A stretch of 63,979 nucleotides of DNA, filler included, from Stramenopiles sp. TOSAG23-2 (GCA_900128395.1; 47 parts of 47 records of this genome joined end to end with filler, not necessarily neighbours in it); one strand, 5' to 3'. Counted from the whole stretch's first letter, positions 38,140 through 51,387 are shown. The notes: a model not told the origin generated them from the letters alone. Made by a program: numbers and translations.

Positions 38140-38567
38140 NNNNNNNNNNNNNNNNNNNNNNNNNNNNNNNNNNNNNNNNNNNNTTAATTAATTAANNNNN
38201 NNNNNNNNNNNNNNNNNNNNNNNNNNNNNNNNNNNNNNNGAATGCTCTTTATTTAGCTTTATAATTATTTTTTTTTAAAAAAGTACGAGTAATAATTTAA
38301 ATTGTGCGTATTAATACGAATAATATACAGTAAATTAAATATTATATTTAAATATTTTACGAATTTTTTAATTTTTAAAATATAAAATTATCAAAAATGT
38401 TTTATTCTTTTTTTAAACCCTCGTATTTTTTACATTTTATGACACATGCTTTTTTGTAATGAAAAAACAAAAATCAATATTAACATATGTCTGGTTCCGT
38501 GAATAACGCCCCCTTTCCGCCAACTTGGTGGTCACATCCATTTCATCCCAGAACTAACCATCGCCGT

Positions 38568-39302
38568 TTATTTTTTGAGCATATCGTCTCTTTTGCAGCA
38601 GTATCTCCCTCCACATGGCAAATTCCCTGGTTTGTTGAATATGGTATGAAACCCACCCCGGTTGTGATAGCGGCAGATCCGTGAATAACGTCCCTTTCCG
38701 CCAACTTGGTGGTCATTCGTTTCATCCCAGCCCCAACCATCGCCGTTCATCTTTTGAGGACCAACATGGGAAGGTTGATCTCCCCATCCAACTTGGTGGT
38801 CATTCGTTTCATCCCAGAACCAACCATCGCCGTTCGGCTTTTGAGGACCAACATGGGAAGGTTGATCTCCCCATCCAACTTGGTGGTCATTCGTTTCATC
38901 CCAGCCCCAACCATCGCCGTTCATCTTTTGAGGACCAACATGGGAAGGTTGATCTCCCCATCCAACTTGGTGGTCATTCGTTTCATCCCAGCCCCAACCA
39001 TCGCCGTTCGGCTTTTGAGGACCAACATGGGAAGGTTGATCTCCCCATCCAACTTGGTGGTCATTCGTATCAAATTTCCATGCATAACCATCATTCCAGT
39101 CTCTTTGGCGCTTTGTAAACTGTTTCGTTGCGGATTTCAATGTGATCAGTCTTCTGTTTGATCTGTTCTTGATTTTTCTTTTTGTGAAAAGCGAACGCTT
39201 TGTTGGTTCCCTACGCAACCTTCTACGGCCATGAAGTCTTGCTTCTGAAAATGCAGCAATGGCTAATACGGAAACAAGAAGTATTAAAAATTTGCTTAAC
39301 AT
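38568..39302 (-). CDS. Secreted prepro-protein with four 29-aa W/G/D/H-rich repeats
   Basis: Signal peptide MLSKFLILLVSVLAIAAFSEA; basic pro-region; 87-nt tandem repeats at about 38700-39068. Confidence 0.75.
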   Translation of the reverse strand: MLSKFLILLVSVLAIAAFSEARLHGRRRLRREPTKRSLFTKRKIKNRSNRRLITLKSATKQFTKRQRDWNDGYAWKFDTNDHQVGWGDQPSHVGPQKPNGDGWGWDETNDHQVGWGDQPSHVGPQKMNGDGWGWDETNDHQVGWGDQPSHVGPQKPNGDGWFWDETNDHQVGWGDQPSHVGPQKMNGDGWGWDETNDHQVGGKGRYSRICRYHNRGGFHTIFNKPGNLPCGGRYCCKRDDMLKK

Positions 39303-39843
39303 GTTTTGTATTTTAATCTTTTTAATATAATAATATAATAAACTATAATGTTCGTTTATATATAAAGAGAGTAATTGGAGTAATGCAACTAATAACTTCA
39401 ACTATATTGTATATTGTATATATACAAGAGTAGGANNNNNNNNNNNNNNNNNNNNNNNNNNNNNNNNNNNNNNNNNNNNTTAATTAATTAANNNNNNNNN
39501 NNNNNNNNNNNNNNNNNNNNNNNNNNNNNNNNNNNTTTGAGATGTTAATAAACGGGAGGAAAAGAATTTTATATAACATATGAGTAAGAGAAAAACACAT
39601 ATATTGAGTTTTTTTTTTTTTTATATTTTTATACGGGACACCAGATAAAAAAAATACACAAAAATGTACCCCATATAAACCAAATTTTCAAAAAGAAAAA
39701 AAGTACGACGTACAAGAGTGTGTCAATTTTAAATTTTTATTGACCACACGTAAATAAAATCTTGTGTGTAATGCGTCTAAAATCTGGAAAAAGCAATGTA
39801 CACAAATACACACACACACACATCTTCTCCCTATACTCCACCC

Positions 39844-40730
39844 TCAAGAATGTATCAATAACATTGTTAATAATGCACTTGCCGCTTGCCTTGCCCTTAT
39901 ACTACTACCATATTCTTGAATTCTCATCAATTCATGTTCAATTGGGCCTAAAAAAGCATCTGCTAAATCAACTTTATTACCTTGATTATTCCAACATAAA
40001 TTATGCATTGTAATAATAACAGTTCCTTTTGCTTCATCATCAAGTTCTTCAGATAATAACATCGGTACAAGACCACATGTTCTATCCTTATTTTCATATA
40101 TACCTAAATTTGGTATTTCAAACGGTATTTGATGTTGTAATTCTCTACAATGCCACATCATATTTGCCAATGTTCCAGCAATATTAACTGCAACTGGTCC
40201 ATTTTCCGGTTTCAATAATGTGACAAATAATTTCAATGCACCAGAATCATTTACCATCCTTGCATTTTCTTCATCTGCTGTCATTTCTACTAATTTACAA
40301 CTAGATTCATGACGTTTATCTGGCTCTTTCATATTATTCATTGCTTTTTTCCAATTTCTTAAGCTTAACAACGGTTTTAATGTCTCACTATTCCTTAAGA
40401 ATTTAATTAGTTCCCAATCAATAGTCAATGCATGAAATATCTCATGTTTATCTAAAGTGCCTCCACCATCTGCATCAATTCTTTCAAAACATTCTTTCAA
40501 TTCTTCCGCTTTTGGTACAATTTTACCACCATTACTATTTAACGTTAACTTTGCAAACGTTACAAATTCATCAAAACCTAATTCACCTTTTACATGCGTT
40601 AAATCATGTAATAAATCTGGTAATATTGCATTCACTTCGCTTGCCCAAGGCCGATATCTACCTTGACTACGAAAATCCGATACACTTCGTTCAACTAACC
40701 AAACAAAAGTGTTTGTATGTGGCATTGGTT
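39844..40730 (-). CDS. EF-hand + armadillo-like protein (partial)
   Basis: DADGGGTLDKHE EF-hand; ARM-like helices. Confidence 0.65.
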
Positions 40731-41099
40731 NNNNNNNNNNNNNNNNNNNNNNNNNNNNNNNNNNNNNNNNNNNNTTAATTAATTAANNNNNNNNNNNNNN
40801 NNNNNNNNNNNNNNNNNNNNNNNNNNNNNNAAAATTGTAGAGTATATATAAAAAAAAAAAAAAGATAAAATAAAAAAGAATCGTCGAGAGAAGTTTAAAC
40901 CAAAAGGAAAACCTTTTCTCCTCTTTGAAAAAAAAAGCGTCGTGTGTGTGTGTATTTAATGTACACATTAATAATATATATACCTGGTGTCACCAGAGTG
41001 TAAAAACTATAAAAAATGTAGTGTAAAAATAATTAATTTAAAATAAAAAAAAAGAAAATATATTTTAAACGAGTAATATATTACGAACGTATATTGATA

Positions 41100-41272
41100 A
41101 TGGTTAAAATCTAAGTTTTATACACACACATATATATACGTCGTACGTAATAATTTTACACTTCCCGTGCTAAGTACATGAGTAATATAAGATACTCAAT
41201 TGCAAAGAATAATTTTCTATCATATCCTACGTGTATTATAATAAAGCTCTAATGCACCTCTGCAAACTAATA
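41100..41272 (+). repeat. Dispersed 3'-intergenic repeat, family A
   Basis: tggttaaaatc / ttttacttcccgtg / ctcaatcgcaagaataat.tgctatcctac / taaagctctaatgcacctctgcaa; also near 1870-1975, 15020-15090, 50295, 57800-58180 and 58924. Confidence 0.75.
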
Positions 41273-41342
41273 CGTACGAGCTAATATTATGTACGAATCG
41301 GTAAAAAAAATAAATTAATGCGTTAAATTAAATTATTATTTT

Positions 41343-42002
41343 TTATACAATCAGACAACAACTTTTTGGACTTTGTTCTTCTTCCTGCTTCTTCTTTTCT
41401 ATTTCCGCTTCTTTCCATTCCGATAATGCTGCTTTAATACAATGTTTCTTTCTCTTATTTTCTATTTCCAATTTTCTTTGACTTTCTGTTTTTGTCTCTT
41501 CTGTCGTCGTTGGTGATATTGAAATTGAAACACGAGGTTTTGCTTCCTCAAATAATTCCATTACAATGTCAACATCAGATTCATTAACAGAAAGATTAGC
41601 CTCTTGTCCAATTATTTCCATTTCAGTTTTTAAATCTTGTTTACTAGGTATTTTAAATTCTCCATTTACATCGACATATTTTTTTAAACAATCTTCGTAC
41701 AAATCTTCCTCGCGCCAATAATTATTATATCGTTGTACTACATTCATAACATTTTCTGTCCAAAACTCATTTTTTTCTTGATCTTTTATTAAGTTCATAC
41801 AATATTTAAGACTTTTACTTGTCGGTTCATGTGTCGAATCCAAATCCTTCAGCATAGCTTTCAATTCTTTCTCACTTAGTGTTTTATCGTGGTTGACATC
41901 ATATTTGGAAACCAGCATACCAACACATCTTTCTTGATCGTTAGATCTTTTTTTTAATATTCCTTTTAATTTTTTCGGTTTTGAGGACTTTAGCAATAAC
42001 AT
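41343..42002 (-). CDS. EF-hand protein with a C-terminal CCLIV CaaX box
   Basis: YDVNHDKTLSEKEL; ends KSCCLIV*. Confidence 0.7.
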   Translation of the reverse strand: MLLLKSSKPKKLKGILKKRSNDQERCVGMLVSKYDVNHDKTLSEKELKAMLKDLDSTHEPTSKSLKYCMNLIKDQEKNEFWTENVMNVVQRYNNYWREEDLYEDCLKKYVDVNGEFKIPSKQDLKTEMEIIGQEANLSVNESDVDIVMELFEEAKPRVSISISPTTTEETKTESQRKLEIENKRKKHCIKAALSEWKEAEIEKKKQEEEQSPKSCCLIV

Positions 42003-42125
42003 GATGTATTATTATTCTATACGGANNNNNNNNNNNNNNNNNNNNNNNNNNNNNNNNNNNNNNNNNNNNTTAATTAATTAANNNNNNNNNNNNNNNNNNN
42101 NNNNNNNNNNNNNNNNNNNNNNNNN

Positions 42126-43319
42126 TTTGTTGTCTTCTGCCTTAACTTCTACATCCTCAGCTTTCGTCCCTTCAGCACCCCCCGTTTTTGTTTTAATTTC
42201 TGCAGCGTCCTTATCCTCCTCAGCTTGTTGTGCTAATTGCTCGTCACGGATTTTTTTTTGCTCGGCTTCTTTTTCTTCTTGTTCCTTTTTATGCAATTCT
42301 ATTGCTTCATTGTCTGATTTAATTTGTTCACTTTTTCTTTTTCGTACCGTCTCCGATACGTAGCCATAGCTTTCAGCTAATGTCATTCTTTCCAACATAG
42401 TTTCCGAAAACAACAATAAAGTTTTATTTGCTCCGCCACGATTTTGATATGTCTCCCGGTCATGTTCCGTCATCATCGCCATTGAGTGTAAAAAATTTGA
42501 AATTTCAGATAAGGATATTTCATTATTGTCATCCTCGTCTAGACTTGCAACAACTAATTCGCATACTTCAACAGACTCATATAGGGCAGCTTCATTTTTT
42601 AACATTTTTGAAATTTCTTTTGCGCTAATTGTACCACTATCATCTTTGTCATACTTTGGCCATATTAATTCACATAATTCATACATTACACCATATAAAA
42701 TAGCATCAACGAAAGCAAAAGATACATCACTCATGATTTTATCCACATTGTCTTGAGGTGCCTCTTGAGGTGCCTTTTGAGGTGCCTCGTGTGGCACCAT
42801 CGGCAAAAGCGTAATTGCCTTTGGAAAATATTTGATAAGATTCATTTTATTCAGGGTAAGTCCACCCTCTTCTTCCTCTTCGGTACTTTGTTTTTCCCCG
42901 GCAAATTCATTGACGTCTTTTATAAACTCTGCAATTTCTTCATCTTCAAAATAGCCTCCCTGGTCTTCATCCATCGTTACAAACCTTTCTATTAACCGCC
43001 TAACTTGGTATTCACCTACGGTGTCGACATTTAAAAAAAGATTGTTCCAATGATGATTGAATAAGTGGGCAATTGGTGAGCTCTTTGCAGGTTTGTCCTT
43101 AATACAAGTAAACAATTCCTCATGGGTTAGCACAGCATGATGTACACCCTCTTCCTCGAAGCCTTCCTCAAATTCATCCAGATTAATTTTGGAAAAGTCT
43201 ACTGGTTCATTTTTCCATTCCATATCAATAATTCCTCTCCGCTTTTCTCTAGTTTTGCGTAATTCAGGTATCTTCAACGATGCAATGTTGATTTTATTAC
43301 TCTCATCGCTGGTGCCATA
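42126..43319 (-). CDS. Multi-EF-hand protein (partial)
   Basis: DEDQGGYFEDEE, DKDDSGTISAKE and DEDDNNEISLSE. Confidence 0.75.
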
Positions 43320-44713
43320 NNNNNNNNNNNNNNNNNNNNNNNNNNNNNNNNNNNNNNNNNNNNTTAATTAATTAANNNNNNNNNNNNNNNNNNNNNNNNN
43401 NNNNNNNNNNNNNNNNNNNATTGATAATATTTGCCATGATGCGTTGGTATAAATATAAATATAAATATGTATATTATGTGTATATTCTATTATTTGACTA
43501 GTGTATAGTCGTCTATGGTATGCATGATTTTTATGATTCTTTTTATATTAATATAGTGATTTTAATTTGTGGATTTTGCTGGATTGGACACAACAACAAA
43601 TATAAAAAATACATCATCAAAAATGAAATTTTATTAGTGCTATTCTATAATATATTATAGCGCCTGCTGTGCCCACAGTAACATTCTCTGGCTCTTTAAT
43701 AAGACCTTATTAACATTGTTATAGATGTTATTTACATACTATTTGATAATAAAAATACAGAATCAATAACCAAAACAATTAACAAATACCAATATATACT
43801 TTTATGGTCTTTGTGCACCATGGTGTTGATTTTATTCATCAATGACTCTGGTTGTGACTTTTTGCACACCCCCAACTGATTTTCCACCTCCACATTAGTT
43901 TATCTATATCCATTATAAACTCAGCTGTGGTTTCATCCATCTCTTTGTTTTTATATTTTAACATTAGCTGATGTGTTGGAGGTAGCCGTTGAGCGAAATA
44001 AATCAAAGAAAAAATCATCATCTGTAACAAAGCAAAAATCATCAAGGCATGATGTTGAAATGGCTGAACCTAATGAAAATCATTGTATTGAAAATCATGG
44101 TAATACTGATAATACTTGGTATTCGAAATTCACTAAGCAAAAATGGTAATAAATATTGGTTATGCCCATTTGCATGTTCAATTCATGGAGTATGTGGCTA
44201 TATTTGGAATAATCTCTTCAGTAAATGCCAGGTTATTATGTTGAAAACTTTCATGTTTTATTTAGGGTTTTGTATGTGCTATTCTCATGCTAATCGGTCG
44301 TGCTATTTAATCCATGCCAGAGGAGGAGGAAAAAAAGGTAAAAGTCAATCTCAGGGTGTGCCGCCAATAATAATAAACAATCAAAAAAATCAAAATCAAT
44401 TACAAATTAAAATAGATCGACGAAGTGTGGTTATGGTAAATACATCAGAAGAAAAAATAACTTATACATATATATATATATATATATTTCTGTTTCATCA
44501 AAATAAACTATCAATTATCTCAATTGTATAAATAACAAATAATAAGAATAAGAAGAAGAATAACAATAAACGACAAATAGAGAAATAATAAGTAACATGC
44601 CACGTGAATTAATNNNNNNNNNNNNNNNNNNNNNNNNNNNNNNNNNNNNNNNNNNNNTTAATTAATTAANNNNNNNNNNNNNNNNNNNNNNNNNNNNNNN
44701 NNNNNNNNNNNNN

Positions 44714-45907
44714 ATAATTTACACATATCCTTCGAAGTGATTTCTGGTCCACATAATAAATCTGTATATAACTTATGTGTAAATAGGCAACAATCACAAC
44801 AAAAGAAGATATGGACAATAGGGAGAAGAGACACGATAATGAAAAAAGGAAATGGAATATCTCTAAGCAAAGATAATGAAATATCATCGAAGCATGCTCA
44901 AATTTGTCTAATTCAAACTTCAAAGTTAGAATTTATTGATTTAAAATCTACAAATGGTACAAAAATTAATGGAAATAAAATCATTTCAAATCAATCGTAT
45001 ATTTTGCAACCTAACGATAAAATAAAGATTGGCATCACTGAAATGCTGTATCACGGGATTTTGAAGAATCCAGCATCATCTCAACATAAAGAAGAATCTA
45101 GTGATTTACAACATGTCGTGAAAAAAAGTAAAGTTGTAAATAAACTAGGCACAATAAGTGAAAAAGTAATAGTTAATGAAAAGGAAGAAAATATCAATAA
45201 CAGTAACAATAATAATGAAAATCATTCAACCAACTTAAACGTATTATCAAACAATAATGAAAAAAATGATGAACCATTAGAGATATTATTATGTCCAGTA
45301 TGCAATAAAGATATTACATCGTTGAATTTAATGAAGCGTACAGAGCATATCAATAAATGTATAGAAATTAACGATGATCATAATGAAGGTAACAATAACA
45401 AAGAAAAAGCTGATAGTATTATACGTAAAAAGACAACTGTGAATAATAATACTACAAAAAATAATACTACAAAGAATGATAATGACACTGCAAATGATTT
45501 ACAAATAGCATTAGAATTGCAAAAAGAGGAACAAATAAACCTGCAACAACAAAATTCATTGACAAATATTTATATATGTAGTATCTGTGGAAAAAATATG
45601 AGTCATTTATCCGAAAAACGACGCCAGATCCATTTAAATAAATGTATTGACAAAATGGAAAAAGCAGAAAAAGTAAACCAAAGAAAATTAGACAAAGAAA
45701 AATCAAAGATGAAAAAAACGAATAAAATTAGAAAACAACATGCAGATGACTGTATTGATAAAAATACACCATCCATTACAGCATTTCAAAAAGCAAGCGA
45801 TTTAGATATTGATGTTTGTTTAATATGCAATGCATCTTTGAAAGATTCTAACAATAATAAGCTTGCACGATTGGCGCATATTCAATTTTGTGCGTCACAA
45901 AACAATA
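44714..45907 (+). CDS. FHA domain + UBZ-type zinc fingers (SNM1A/PSO2-like N-terminus)
   Basis: IGR...ISSKHA...DLKSTNGT; CPVC..HINKC, CSIC..HLNKC and CLIC..HIQFC. Confidence 0.75.
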
Positions 45908-46061
45908 NNNNNNNNNNNNNNNNNNNNNNNNNNNNNNNNNNNNNNNNNNNNTTAATTAATTAANNNNNNNNNNNNNNNNNNNNNNNNNNNNNNNNNNNNN
46001 NNNNNNNATTAATATATATAAAAATAACATTATTTCCTTCCTTCGCACCTTCTCTCTCTAT

Positions 46062-46880
46062 TTACTTAAATGGCTCACATACATTTAATAACGCACTCAT
46101 CCCAGCAATAACAGCAACTCTATATGGATATCCTTGATATATTGCTTTCACTCCAATTTGATTCCATAAACGTCGCATTGCTTCCATATTACCTATATTT
46201 TCACCTAGTTCTGCTGCACGCCCAGCAGTTAATGCTGCATTATGAAACATTTGTGTCCCAAATCCACATATACAGCCAGCTATAAAACCACCAAATAAAC
46301 GTTCTAACCTTGATGGGTTACCATTACTATTACTACTTATATATTTTGCTGTTATGATTGGACCTAAAATCAAACCACCACCAACACTATTTGAATCACG
46401 TAGAAACGTCCAACCAAAACCTGGTCTGATTTTTTTCATAAAAAATTCTTTTGCTTGTGTTGAAAATGAACCTTCAGTAGGTTTTGACTGTCCAAAATAT
46501 TGAAATACATCCGCGTTTAATGAATTATATGCCCAAGCTTGGACTGGAACAGAAATTAGACCATAGGCCACGTTTAAATTATATTGCCCTAAACCACCTC
46601 CAGGTAATAAATCAAAAGATTGTTTCAACAAACGGACACCTCCAAAATGTATAACTTTATTCACAGTTTGCGTCGCAATTGCGCGCTTAAATATCTGCAT
46701 TCCATGCTTTTGAAATATATGTATATTCTCAGTTGGCAAAGGCAATTTCGAAGTTTGACTTAAATTAATAATTTGTGGCGTAGTAAATACAATAGTCAAT
46801 GCACCACTACCAAGTGCAGCACTAACAATAGAATTTAATATAGGAAAATTGGGATCAAACGAACGTTCTGATGATGCCAT
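46062..46880 (-). CDS. Divergent mitochondrial-carrier-like membrane protein
   Basis: About 270 aa; GGFIAG and G...IYQG...R motifs; canonical Px[DE] signature weak. Confidence 0.45.
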   Translation of the reverse strand: MASSERSFDPNFPILNSIVSAALGSGALTIVFTTPQIINLSQTSKLPLPTENIHIFQKHGMQIFKRAIATQTVNKVIHFGGVRLLKQSFDLLPGGGLGQYNLNVAYGLISVPVQAWAYNSLNADVFQYFGQSKPTEGSFSTQAKEFFMKKIRPGFGWTFLRDSNSVGGGLILGPIITAKYISSNSNGNPSRLERLFGGFIAGCICGFGTQMFHNAALTAGRAAELGENIGNMEAMRRLWNQIGVKAIYQGYPYRVAVIAGMSALLNVCEPFK

Positions 46881-47300
46881 GTTGTCCCTCTTGTGTATTG
46901 TTATATTATGGATATATATATATCTTATAATTTTTTTCAGTTTCTAAACTTCCAATATATATATATGCACATATTATATATACATACATAGAAATCCAGG
47001 AGGAAGATTAATAATAAAGTGGCTTTTTCTCGGCCCTACTACTACTCGATTCAATTTTAACATCAACACAGCATAGAAAACGATGTTATTAAAATCACCT
47101 TTATTTTTGCGTTTTGCGTGTGTTAATGTTTTCGCAATACTAACGTGATGCTAACGTCAGTGTACTAAAGTTTGTACTATGGAAAACTACTATATTTAAA
47201 NNNNNNNNNNNNNNNNNNNNNNNNNNNNNNNNNNNNNNNNNNNNTTAATTAATTAANNNNNNNNNNNNNNNNNNNNNNNNNNNNNNNNNNNNNNNNNNNN

Positions 47301-48492
47301 TTGTTTTTCATCGCCTTTCACATCTACAACATCACTACTACTGCCATCATCTTCTTTTTGATTTTCCTCCACAGTACTAGTACTACTACTACTAGTAGTA
47401 GTAGTTTCCTCATTTTTTTGTATCGACTCACCATCAAAAACATTTGAGTACCTTTTAAATGGTTTACTTGGAATCGGCGCTAATCCATTTTGATCAATTA
47501 TTTCCATACTTGTAATAGGTTCTTCCATACCAGGTGAAACAAATACTGTTATAGGGGCGCCATCACGAAGATTACATATTGCCACCGTGGAGTCTGCCAT
47601 TCCTAAAATAACGCAAGGCACCGCCTTGACAGCAACATTATGTTCAAACAACGGTACATTGGCTGTTGTTATAGAACGTATTGGGCCATTATCCCTATGC
47701 GATTTCTCCCCAAAAACTAAATTATCCCTACCCGGAACATCTACATCATGTAAGTTACCCGTTTCAACGTCTAATATTGTACATTTACCACTGCTATCTG
47801 CAATAGCAAGCAAACCGCTTTCTGGATGTAGCGATATGCCAACAATACGGGAAGTGTGTATATTTTGCAAACAATGTAAGAGAAATACAGCAGAACCTGT
47901 AGTTCCTTTATTATTATTGCTAGTGCTACCCGTTTCATTGACTCCCCATGTATTCGGCCGCGGGCGTACAGCACAAATAATTACATCACCACATTCGGTA
48001 CCTAAACATAATAGTCTTGACGGCAAATGCAGTTCCATACATGTCAACGCAGGCTTTTGAGGAGCTTTGAATCCTTCTGCTTGGCAAAGTAAGCTTGGTT
48101 CAAATTCATATAATAAATCAAATGGAGCGTTGATTACACCATCCTCTTCTAAATCAACACTTATACCATCTGTTGGTGGGGATGCTGCCCACAAACACAA
48201 AGTTCCATCAACATGCCCTGTAGCGACTAACGAACGTCTTTTGTTTGATTTGTCACAATTTCCACCAGATATTGGATATTTCCAGCCTTGAGGATAGCCA
48301 GGCAAGGGCTTTGCAGCTCTGATGGCTTGAATGACGGCCTCAGGGCATAAACCACAATCCTTCACAAGTACGACCATGCTGCGACGAAGTGGTGACGGAA
48401 AATGCATTATTTGCGGCGTTGGCTCCGGTGGATCACATGCAATCGGTGGCCACCTGGCTTGACCATCACCAAGTCGACTTGGCAACGCTTGG
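47301..48492 (-). CDS. Tomosyn/Lgl-family WD40 protein (internal fragment)
   Basis: YPISGG ... LVATGHVDGTLCLWAAS. Confidence 0.7.
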
Positions 48493-48593
48493 ANNNNNNN
48501 NNNNNNNNNNNNNNNNNNNNNNNNNNNNNNNNNNNNNTTAATTAATTAANNNNNNNNNNNNNNNNNNNNNNNNNNNNNNNNNNNNNNNNNNNN

Positions 48594-49739
48594 AATTATG
48601 GATGGGTTCACGAATAGATTTAGCGAGCGCATAAAAGAGCTTTTAGCCGACGTTGACCCTATGGTGGTATGCGAAGCGATTTTCGTCGTCTCGCAGTTGC
48701 GCGAATACGAGACGTACGACGCAGACACGATGAGTGGAGTGTTGCACTTGCTGACGGAGGAGAACGAGAGCATTCGAGTTACTGCTGCGAAAGTGCTGCC
48801 AAAAATATTGCCATCGTTGGCTGAGCAGTACAATAAAACTCGTAAACGGGCCAAAACGAAGAAACCAGCCGAGAAGAAAAAAGCAAAAGCGGCGAAGAAG
48901 CCGAAAAGGAACGTGAAGAAAAAATTACGAACCTTGGACGACGATGACGACAATGACACGGAAGACGACGAGGACGACGAAGGAGCCAAAACAGGTAACT
49001 TGTTTGGCACCAACGACGACGTCAACGAGATAGAAGACGAAGATTTCGACGCGAGTTTAGGCGTCAGCGAACTCTCGGCTTCCGAGACGCTCGAAAGCGT
49101 TTTGGAGTTGGTGAAAATTTTGTCCAACACGACGCACGCAAAGCATCTTCCAGAAGACGATGCGTTAGAAACGCACTCGAAAATCATCGACGCCGTTTGG
49201 GACGAACTGCCTTTGTTCCACTCGTTTGAATTTTTAGCCTCGAAGTTGAGCGACGAAGAGTTTTGCAGCGACATCGGGGACGCCGCCGCGCTTGCAAACT
49301 TGACGCTTCGCGCGGTGAAGAAATCGCAAATGGAAAACATCATCGCAGACGCGTTGGCGAAATCAAAGGTACCCACGCCGGCAAAAATGAGCATGACGAA
49401 ACGTGACAGAGAATCGTGCGATCAAAGCAGAGAAAAAATCACGCTCGCGTTCACGAGACACCTCCCGACATTGTTAGAGAAATATTCCGTCGAAGACGAA
49501 GTCTTGGCGCCGCTGTTGGAAATCATTCCGTACATGAAGCTCGAACATTATCCTTTGCGACAAAGAGACGAAGAATTTCAATCTTTGTTAGAGACCGTCA
49601 AGAACATCTTGTTTAAACGCATCGATCCGAAGGTATTAAATAGTGCGGCAAAATCGATCGCCTTTTGTGCCAACGACGGCTACGAAGGCACGAGAAGCGT
49701 CGCAGTAAAAGTTTTCGTTTCCATCGCCGAACAACTTGG
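48594..49739 (+). CDS. SCC3: Cohesin subunit SA/SCC3 internal fragment, from a GC-richer foreign organism
   Basis: EKIT.AF...LP.LLEKY...L.EIIP.MKLE.Y...R; codon usage unlike the host. Confidence 0.7.
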
Positions 49740-49785
49740 GATCGGAAGAGCACACGTCTGAACTCCAGTCACATGTCCATCTCGT
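49740..49785 (+). other. Illumina TruSeq adapter with index
   Basis: GATCGGAAGAGCACACGTCTGAACTCCAGTCAC-ATGTCC-ATCTCGT. Confidence 0.99.
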
Positions 49786-50539
49786 NNNNNNNNNNNNNNN
49801 NNNNNNNNNNNNNNNNNNNNNNNNNNNNNTTAATTAATTAANNNNNNNNNNNNNNNNNNNNNNNNNNNNNNNNNNNNNNNNNNNNTGTTTCTGTGCGACT
49901 ATTTTCAGCAGCAAAACTAATGTTTGGAATACAAGGTCTTGGCATGAAGCCAACACACTTGACAGTTGCGGTACCACAACAAGTTGGTGAAATTACATTG
50001 ATGGAGGGTTTTGCAGCAAATAATTTTAATCATGGAATATCCAATAAATCTTTAACTGCAAAGTCGGTCAGTATACTGATAAGAGAAGTACGAGAAGAAG
50101 CCATCAAAGAAATGGAAGAGAGAAATCCAGGACCACCTCCCGAAAATATAGCATTTGTATAAAAATCTACGAAGCGTACGAACGTAGTGTACACCGAATA
50201 TGATTGTAGAAAATGTGGAACAGCCAAAAATACAACTCAAAGGAAAGTTAATCTAATCATATAATGTTTCATTGAGAAAACTGCGTGTTAGTATGGCCAC
50301 GGGAAGTAAAATTTTAAACTTTAAATTTAACCCTTAGATATATATTATATAAATTATATATCCGCTTCGTACGAGAGTATATACGAAGCGTATATTAAAT
50401 TAAATATACGTACACTAGTAAATACATTAAAAAATAAACTCTATACGAGCCGTTATTAAATACGAAGTATATATATATATACACTCGTACTTTTTTTACC
50501 GTGTCATAATTATTCGTGTAGTATGATATATCGTATACT

Positions 50540-51077
50540 TTAACATTTGTACATCAACATCCGACCATCAGTACCACTAGTGTACATGTGATCGCCATGG
50601 AAACTTATATTAGTGACAGAATCATGTATATTTTCATATGTATATTTCAAGTTTAATGTATGCGAATCCCACAATTTAACACACCCATCACTTGATGCTG
50701 TGCTAAATATATTATGCGCTGGGCTGTATGCAACATCAACAACTGAAGATTTATGACATGATTTTTTCCCAAACGAATCGATATTTAACATGCAACGTTG
50801 TCGAATATCAAATGCCATCAATTTCCCACTTCCATACCCACAGATTAATAATTCTTCGTCTGGTAGATATAGCAAAGCATTACAAGATCCATTGTCCATT
50901 TTCTGTCCAAACGAACATAATTTACGAGCAGATGGGGGCAATAACGTATCCCATAGTTGAAACGTGCCGTTGATACGTTTATCATTTGGCGATGAAGCTC
51001 CACCCAACGCTATAACGCTTCCACTATTCAAAAATAAAGCATCTTTCACATTTTCTAATTCTGTATCAATATTTTCA
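50540..51077 (-). CDS. DMXL/Rabconnectin-3-like C-terminal WD40 repeats
   Basis: FLNSGSVIALGG.S...LWDTLLP followed by WD40 repeats. Confidence 0.65.
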
Positions 51078-51387
51078 NNNNNNNNNNNNNNNNNNNNNNN
51101 NNNNNNNNNNNNNNNNNNNNNTTAATTAATTAANNNNNNNNNNNNNNNNNNNNNNNNNNNNNNNNNNNNNNNNNNNNTATAACATGATTACGTTTAAAAT
51201 ACGTACGAGCGTATATACGAGAGAGTATATATTAATATTGTGAGAAAGAATTTTTTTATGCACGCATTATGCAGAACTCCCCTCTACGGATTAAATTTCG
51301 AGATCTGTGCCGTCTCTGATTATGTCTCTGTGTTCATTCCAAAACACGTACGAAGTATATGTAACACATGGAACCACACGCACACAC

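Noticed and set aside
38681-39161. Plus-strand repeat ORFs
   Set aside because: Shadows of the 87-nt repeat; only the minus frame has a signal peptide and pro-region
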